A stretch of DNA of 64,000 bases. It comes from Escherichia phage Bf23. How positions within the stretch are numbered: position 1 is the stretch's first letter; the number at the start of each line of letters is the position of its first letter. Below, piece by piece: positions 58,868 to 64,000 of the stretch. The stretch lies in sequence record OR083247.1; one strand, given 5' to 3'. The notes beneath the pieces were generated by a model. The model worked only from the letters and a program-made list of their open reading frames with translations. It did not search any database and was not told the origin of the DNA. The position numbers and the translations under genes were made by a program.

Positions 58868-59320
58868 ATCTGCGATTCCTTATATAATTGATAAGTTTAC
58901 CGCCGATAGACTTTAAGATGTACCCAATTTTTAAAGAGCGTGGCGGTAAACTTCCCGCCGTGTAGTTCGTCATTGCCGCCCTACGAGATAAATAATAGGG
59001 GATTCCCAAAAATGGCGCAACCTTATTTTTGTAAAGAAACGTAAAGAAAGCAAATACTCGCAAGGTGTCCGGCGATTGCCCAAGTTTAAAGGAAACGGGC
59101 GCACGAATACCATAAAACCCAGCAGGTTGGCAAGTAATTTTTTCATTTATATTTGCCTTACCCTACTTGACAAAATCTAAAAAGCTCGTGGTAGCGATAA
59201 ACGAGGGTAGGCAATGCAATGGCCTGGCTAAAACTTTCATCGCGTTCTAGGGCGTTTTAGGCGCATTCTAGCCTTGTTGATAACTTATCCCCAGAAGCAA
59301 AAATGAAATTTTCCTAGTTA

Positions 59321-59351
59321 TCCACTTGACTTTTATTTTCCAGTGGATAAC
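59321..59351. promoter_or_regulatory. Inverted pair of DnaA-box-like sequences
   Basis: AGTTATCCACT..AGTGGATAACT around a 14-bp AT-rich centre. Confidence 0.5.
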
Positions 59352-59494
59352 TACTTATTTTATGAAATAAATTAATTGACTTTTATTTGTTAGTATGCAT
59401 CGGAAAGATAGCAGACTAATAATTGCTAGGATGATAATCATGCTGGTGGATTGTAACGGCTTAAACTATCAGCGGACTATTAATCACGGAAAAT

Positions 59495-59545
59495 CTCGTT
59501 AGCTAACTAACTATTTCATGATGTATAATATACATATAAATTAAT
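59495..59545 (+). promoter_or_regulatory. Early-family sigma70 promoter facing the + strand cassette
   Basis: TATAAT (59524-59529) with the family leader ATATAAATTAATGAGAAATAA; -35 is weak (AGCTAA). Confidence 0.5.
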
Positions 59546-59633
59546 GAGAAATAATAATTATAATAAATAATAACTACAGTAAATAATAACTATAAGAAAC
59601 TATCGGCCTAAGTGAGAACCACTATCATTTAAG

Positions 59634-59741
59634 TTATCCACAAGTTTATTAACAGCACAAAATGATTTGACACGATAGGCGGCGATATAAAGACTTATCC
59701 ACAGACTTATCCACAGGTTATCCTACTGTATAAATATACAG
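59634..59741. promoter_or_regulatory. Cluster of three consensus DnaA boxes plus a LexA-box-like palindrome
   Basis: TTATCCACA at 59634-59642, 59695-59703 and 59707-59715; CTGTATAAATATACAG (CTGT-N8-ACAG) at 59726-59741. Confidence 0.6.
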
Positions 59742-60007
59742 GGTAAATGGGTAGTGTTAACAACTGCAATCAATTTTAAGCGGCCTAAAACGCTTTCTAA
59801 CGAGCTAAATGCGGTGGGGTAATATTAAAGTAAAGCCTTCACCCGTCGCCCTGGTGGCTTCGCCGTGTTTTGCTCTTTACTATACCGCTGCGCGGTTAAC
59901 ATAAAAATAAGCGTTAGGCAAGGAAAATAAAAAGGTAAAATAATATTTGCCCCTAGAAAGAAAATACCTTTATCATTCACTCACCGATTAACGAGGGAGG
60001 CCAACAA

Positions 60008-61000
60008 ATGAGGCTATATAAACCAGATAACGCAACCGTCTTAAAAGGTGCGCTGCGTAACCTGCTGGACGGTAGCAGAACAACCAGCATTAAACACTTT
60101 GTTAACAAGGCCGAAGATATTCACCAAAACTTTTTTGATGATTTCGATGCCTATGATATGAGTAGTTTTTTACAACTGTATAAGCAAGGGGCAACGCTTG
60201 TTTTGTATAATCGAGATAATCACCTGCTTACTAGTAGGGGGCCGGATACCGATTTCATAATTGTAAAAGGTAGCACAGTAAAAGCCTATGACACTGGAGC
60301 GGGCTTAGAAGTTTTTTCAATAGAAAACTATGAAGCCAACCCCAATGATCTTTATGACGTTGAAAACTTTCTTGATTCATTTTGGCGTTATTTATCCGTT
60401 GGCTGGAATCGGTCAATTGGTGACGGGTATCGTCTGGCGGCTGTAATGACCTTTGATGATGATGGCAATTTTTTGCTACCGTCGGAAGTATACCCATACG
60501 TATATGATGGGGATATAGAAAGCGCGGGCTTTTCTTTCTGGAAAGAGGGGAATCAGCCTATTGACAACACGGAAAAACATGCTGTAAATTCTAACACTCA
60601 AAGCGTTAATACTCAAATCACTGAAAACAAAGGAAAAAACACCATGACCAAGATCGCTAATATTGTTGCCGCTAATAAATCCGCTGTTGTAAACGCTGCA
60701 AAACTGGAAGCGGGTAAAATTGCACTGACTCAAATTACGAAAGTAGCGGCTAAAAAAGCGCCGTTCATGATCAAAGGCTATATTGATACGCCGATTGGTC
60801 GAGTAGTGATTGCCAACCTGCTTAGCGTAGCGGTTGACCAGTACGCCCCGAGTAACCAGAAAGCGAAAGCGGTAGCAGGGGCAGCTATGGAAGCGGCAAT
60901 GCTAGAAATGGTGCAAAGTTTTAACATCGCTGAGATGATCGATGAAATGGTAAAAGGTATCGATATTTCTACTTTCACCGTTAACAACGAAAGCGAGTAA
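60008..61000 (+). CDS. Hypothetical protein (330 aa)
   Basis: ORF with RBS GAGGGAGG; Ala/Lys-rich C-terminal half; no motif. Confidence 0.5.
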   Translation: MRLYKPDNATVLKGALRNLLDGSRTTSIKHFVNKAEDIHQNFFDDFDAYDMSSFLQLYKQGATLVLYNRDNHLLTSRGPDTDFIIVKGSTVKAYDTGAGLEVFSIENYEANPNDLYDVENFLDSFWRYLSVGWNRSIGDGYRLAAVMTFDDDGNFLLPSEVYPYVYDGDIESAGFSFWKEGNQPIDNTEKHAVNSNTQSVNTQITENKGKNTMTKIANIVAANKSAVVNAAKLEAGKIALTQITKVAAKKAPFMIKGYIDTPIGRVVIANLLSVAVDQYAPSNQKAKAVAGAAMEAAMLEMVQSFNIAEMIDEMVKGIDISTFTVNNESE

Positions 61001-61065
61001 TAATATTAAGCGGGGATTGTTACCCCGCTTTAATGTTCCCTTGTTAATTAATAGGAGGCTAATTA

Positions 61066-61560
61066 ATGGCTGAAGAAAAATATGGCTTCTCACTGGGAGA
61101 AGTGAGCACGGCAAAACATGATATGATCATTTTGGTCGATTGCCATACTGGCTATTGCGGAGAAGGTTGGACGGAGGAACATTTTGTTCCAGCTGGCTGT
61201 AATCTGGACGCTTTCGCTCAGGAAATGGCTATTGATAATGCTTCTCGTTTTGGTAGCGATGGTTACGAAGACGAAGAAACTGGCGAATGGTATGAAAATG
61301 AAAACGTATATGCAAGCCTTTATCATTATCAGCTAAGTAAATCCGGCACATATGTAAACGGCGGCGATCCTATTAATTCCGTCATGAAATTAATTATTAA
61401 ATATGGCGGAGTAGAGATAGTTGGTAACAAAGCGGTAATATACGCAAACCGATTAAAACAGCTTGTTTATATTCCTGATAGTACCCGATGGGATGAATAT
61501 GCTGTTTTGCATGACGAATTGAAACGATGTTTCAATATTGAAACCTTACAAGTAGTCTAA
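61066..61560 (+). CDS. Hypothetical acidic protein (164 aa)
   Basis: ORF with RBS AGGAGG; no motif. Confidence 0.5.
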   Translation: MAEEKYGFSLGEVSTAKHDMIILVDCHTGYCGEGWTEEHFVPAGCNLDAFAQEMAIDNASRFGSDGYEDEETGEWYENENVYASLYHYQLSKSGTYVNGGDPINSVMKLIIKYGGVEIVGNKAVIYANRLKQLVYIPDSTRWDEYAVLHDELKRCFNIETLQVV

Positions 61561-61664
61561 TGTAAAGTTTTGTAAAGGTCGCCTTTTATGGTGGCCTTTT
61601 TTGTTATAATGCTTTTACACCAAAACGGTGGATTGAAAATTTCCCAAAAATTTGGAGGCTTAAA

Positions 61665-61895
61665 ATGGTTGCATATTCTTCTTCTGACGCTCTTTTCACT
61701 GGAAAAGGCTGGGTATCAAATCGCTGGATCATTCATGAAATGGTGCAAGAATACGGCATTGCTAAAACTTACACTACCATCCAGGCGCTTTATGATAATG
61801 ATCAAATTGATCAGCAAACGGCTGGTTTTTTGCTGGATACCCTGAAAGCGGAGCACTGTACTAAAAAACAAGCCGCCAAAATTGTTTTAATGTAA
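61665..61895 (+). CDS. Hypothetical protein (76 aa)
   Basis: ORF with RBS GGAGG upstream. Confidence 0.4.
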   Translation: MVAYSSSDALFTGKGWVSNRWIIHEMVQEYGIAKTYTTIQALYDNDQIDQQTAGFLLDTLKAEHCTKKQAAKIVLM

Positions 61896-61941
61896 TTAAT
61901 AACGGGGCGTTACTTTCGCCCCGCTAACTAGGAGAATGAAA

Positions 61942-62091
61942 ATGGTTATTTTTCGAGCTATTCTAGCAGGTATCTTGGGCGCTATTTTATCCCTTTTTGC
62001 TATAGCTTTTGGCGTTCACGCGGTTACTATTGGTGCTGGCATTGCTGTATTTTCTTATCTGCTGGGCTGCATGACTAGTAAAGGAGAATAA
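61942..62091 (+). CDS. Small hydrophobic membrane peptide (49 aa; not in the ORF track)
   Basis: RBS AGGAGAA then ATG; MVIFRAILAGILGAILSLFAIAFGVHAVTIGAGIAVFSYLLGCM.. Confidence 0.35.
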   Translation: MVIFRAILAGILGAILSLFAIAFGVHAVTIGAGIAVFSYLLGCMTSKGE

Positions 62092-62093
62092 AA

Positions 62094-62306
62094 ATGATCC
62101 GCAACGTTTCTCTTGCACGTTCGAAAGGCTTTAAGCTGGTGGATGTTAACACGTTCGAGCGGGAAGATTGTAAAATCGAATATGTAGCACGTAATAAAAA
62201 TGCCTTTCGTGTTACCGAGAAAAAATTCGATAAGCGGGGCAACGTGATAGCTGAAACGGTTAAACATTTTGCCACCTTTTACGCTGCATTTCGTGGGGTA
62301 CTATGA
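62094..62306 (+). CDS. Hypothetical basic protein (70 aa)
   Basis: ORF with RBS AGGAGAA upstream. Confidence 0.4.
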   Translation: MIRNVSLARSKGFKLVDVNTFEREDCKIEYVARNKNAFRVTEKKFDKRGNVIAETVKHFATFYAAFRGVL

Positions 62307-62427
62307 AAAGCGTTATTGTTGTTATCCTTGCAATGGTTGGAGGTTTTACCGCCACCTTATTTAAGAATGACCCCCTTTTACTGGGGGTTTTTATGCTTTT
62401 ATCTGGATACCTGATTGGGAGGTTATA
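62303..62427 (+). CDS. Small membrane peptide (41 aa; not in the ORF track)
   Basis: ATGA overlap with the upstream ORF; MKSVIVVILAMVGGFTATLF..LLGVFMLLSGYLIG. Confidence 0.3.
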
Positions 62428-62429
62428 AA

Positions 62430-62774
62430 ATGGTTATTTATGAAGGCAACCGCTTTGTTACTAATTGCCGTCCGGCATTACTAGCAAACTACTTAAATCA
62501 GCTTTCCCCAGCTTATAAGGGCGTCATTAATATTTATGAAGGCAAGGCGCATTATAAAATTAATGCGGTCGTTGCCCGTGAACTAGCGTTTCAATTTTTG
62601 ACCTTTGCATCTTGTGATATTCAGGTCATGGGTGAGGCGTTAATTGCAGAAAATGAAGATGATTTTATTAATATTTTTCGCAAAGTATGCACCGAGCGCC
62701 TGATAATGAAAGGCGCATATATTCAATCCACTGCGGATAGTATTGAAACAGCGTTTCGAAAGGTGGCACAATGA
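62430..62774 (+). CDS. Hypothetical protein (114 aa; start at ATG 62430 after RBS GGGAGG)
   Basis: ORF 62415-62774 in the track, trimmed to the ATG with a proper RBS. Confidence 0.45.
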   Translation: MVIYEGNRFVTNCRPALLANYLNQLSPAYKGVINIYEGKAHYKINAVVARELAFQFLTFASCDIQVMGEALIAENEDDFINIFRKVCTERLIMKGAYIQSTADSIETAFRKVAQ

Positions 62775-62874
62775 AATTATATATTTTCGCGGGTAATGTT
62801 GAGGCTGCAAATGATTCCGCTGGTGGCGATAACGTTCGCCACTATTGGCAAAAATATATTTACTAGGCGTTATT

Positions 62875-63069
62875 ATGAGCAATAAAATTATTATAACTAA
62901 AACTACCACAATGGTTGACGTTTTTTATGTGCCCGATACGCTGGAAAACCGGCGAGCGGTCGAGCGGGGCGAATATGATAGCGTTATTTATGATGCCGAT
63001 GGTTACTACCGGCATTTGGTCGATTCCTATGGGGAGGAGGAGAAGATCACGCATCAATTACCGGACTGA
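62875..63069 (+). CDS. Hypothetical protein (64 aa from ATG 62875)
   Basis: ORF 62845-63069 in the track begins at a TTG; the internal ATG is preferred. Confidence 0.4.
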   Translation: MSNKIIITKTTTMVDVFYVPDTLENRRAVERGEYDSVIYDADGYYRHLVDSYGEEEKITHQLPD

Positions 63070-63210
63070 TAACAAGCGGGGAGCAGATCCCCGTTTTTCA
63101 CGCCTCCAGTTAAATACCCCTTTGTTTTAGTATCCCCACCAAAATTAAACGCGTTAGAATGCGATTCAGGACGTTTTAGGCGTATATTAGAATTATTCAC
63201 TACGTAGGAA

Positions 63211-63320
63211 TACTGTATAAATATACAGTAGAATAACTTGGGGATAAGTCTGTGGATAACGCCTCAAAATGGCTGGGATTCTGTCAAGTCAAATCGTGCT
63301 GTTAATAAGTCTGTGGATAA
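63211..63320. promoter_or_regulatory. LexA-box-like palindrome plus two consensus DnaA boxes, in inverted orientation relative to 59634-59741
   Basis: TACTGTATAAATATACAGTA at 63211-63230; TGTGGATAA (reverse complement of TTATCCACA) at 63251-63259 and 63312-63320. Confidence 0.6.
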
Positions 63321-63351
63321 CTTAAATAACAGTGTTTCTCACTTCCGTTTT

Positions 63352-63507
63352 TAAATGCGAATCATTATCATTCGCATTTCACTATCTAACCGATAATCAT
63401 TCCACTTTTTAAATGAGATTGATTCTCATTTCACTTTCTAAATGCGAATTATTATCATTCTCATTCCGCTTTTTAAATGAGAATGATTCTTATTATCATT
63501 CTCATTT
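63352..63507. repeat. Cluster of four related palindromic repeats (AAATG(C/A)GAAT..ATTC(G/T)CATTT units)
   Basis: Four units, each an inverted repeat with 10-13-bp arms around a short AT spacer, at about 63352-63380, 63411-63432, 63440-63468 and 63474-63507. Confidence 0.7.
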
Positions 63508-63531
63508 AGCGCAGGGCAATTGCCCTGCGCT
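63508..63531. repeat. Perfect 24-bp GC-rich palindrome containing two GCGC tetramers
   Basis: AGCGCAGGGCAATTGCCCTGCGCT, followed by TTTTG on the + strand. Confidence 0.7.
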
Positions 63532-63533
63532 TT

Positions 63534-63756
63534 TGTGCAAATCCGACATTTGCTCCAAGGGTTACGTGCTGGCGTATATGTGCAAATCCGACAATTTTTG
63601 GTAGTGTGCAAATCCGACCCGAAAAATTTTTATAGTGTGCGAATCCGACAATGAATTTTCCTAAAAACTCCAGCAATCACGAACTGCGTTCGAATCCTGT
63701 GGGATATGTGCAAATCCGACACGGTTTTTCTAGGGTTAAGATGTGCGAATCCGACA
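63534..63756 (+). repeat. Iteron-like array: six direct copies of TGTGC(A/G)AATCCGAC(A) with irregular AT-rich spacers
   Basis: Copies at 63534, 63579, 63605, 63636, 63707 and 63742, plus one degenerate copy near 63688; spacers 11-56 bp, usually ending in a T-run. Confidence 0.75.
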
Positions 63757-64000
63757 AGATTTTTGTGACTTCGATGGGAGGGTGTGTGATTGTATAGGTT
63801 TGAGGGGAAGATGAGAGAGCGAGAAAAATTTGAGGGGATAGAAGGATGTGGGCGCAGGATTGGTGCGGAGCACCTGATTTGCGGGGATTTTGGGGAAGAG
63901 TTGAGATAATTTGGGAAGATTTGAGATAGGTGCAGAAAAAGTAAAATTTTATTAGCAAAATGGGGCAAAATAGCTTGACAAGTGAAAATTCTTGTGGATC

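Noticed and set aside
58839-59063. 74-aa - strand ORF overlapping the 67-aa gene and running into the non-coding region
   Set aside because: Different frame overlapping a better-supported gene, no RBS, and it reads through the inverted repeat.
63680-63700. tRNA-like T-loop sequence GTTCGAATCC
   Set aside because: Flanking bases cannot form a T-stem or acceptor stem; no cloverleaf can be drawn. It is a degenerate copy of the iteron.
63534-63756. Possible CRISPR array (short direct repeats with spacers)
   Set aside because: Repeats are only 14-15 bp, spacers are irregular (11-56 bp) and AT-rich with T-runs, there is no leader or cas gene, and one copy is degenerate. This fits iterons or binding sites, not CRISPR.
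63630-63968. 112-aa and 93-aa - strand ORFs across the purine-rich terminal region
   Set aside because: Pro/Ser-rich low-complexity products of a pyrimidine-rich strand; no RBS.
1-64000. Prophage or integrative-element hallmarks (integrase, attachment sites, transposase, IS elements)
   Set aside because: No tyrosine/serine recombinase or transposase-like ORF seen; gene order is that of a strictly lytic T5-like phage.

Overview
This window reads as a contiguous stretch of a T5-like (Tequintavirus-type) lytic coliphage genome. Three modules are visible: (1) bases 1-26430, + strand, early DNA-metabolism and replication genes (NrdD C-terminus, a Zn-less Sir2-family protein, split NAD-dependent ligase, helicase-primase, an 855-aa DNA polymerase, SbcCD-like nuclease, flap endonuclease, dUTPase) driven by a family of near-identical strong sigma70 promoters, one of which matches the classical T5 PN25 promoter as I recall it; (2) bases 26476-53022, - strand, the late structural and packaging module (L-shaped tail fibre with C-terminal chaperone domain, pb4/pb3/pb9-like tip proteins, tape measure, tail tube, major capsid, prohead protease, decoration protein, portal, HNH protein, terminase, pb5-like receptor-binding protein) with the divergent llp lipoprotein gene at 53108-53374; (3) bases 53.4-64.0 kb, a compositionally distinct pre-early / terminal-repeat-like region (dmp, A1 and A2 homologues on the - strand, a + strand cassette of small unknown genes, and about 2 kb of non-coding DNA dense in DnaA boxes, two identical LexA-box-like palindromes, iteron-like direct repeats and palindromic repeats). 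No tRNA, rRNA, CRISPR array, integrase or transposase was found. Nothing here can be shown from sequence alone to be a new system; the strongest candidates for unexplained biology are the repeat/operator-rich non-coding DNA at 58.9-60.0 kb and 63.1-64.0 kb, the four-gene micro-operon of tiny membrane proteins at 53551-54215, a conserved 17-mer upstream of dmp and A1, the 24-bp inverted repeats bracketing a 67-aa gene, the Zn-less Sir2 block at 1.3-4.3 kb and the 500-nt untranslated leader at 4.4-4.96 kb. All functional calls rest on motifs read by eye, gene order and protein size; no database search was run.
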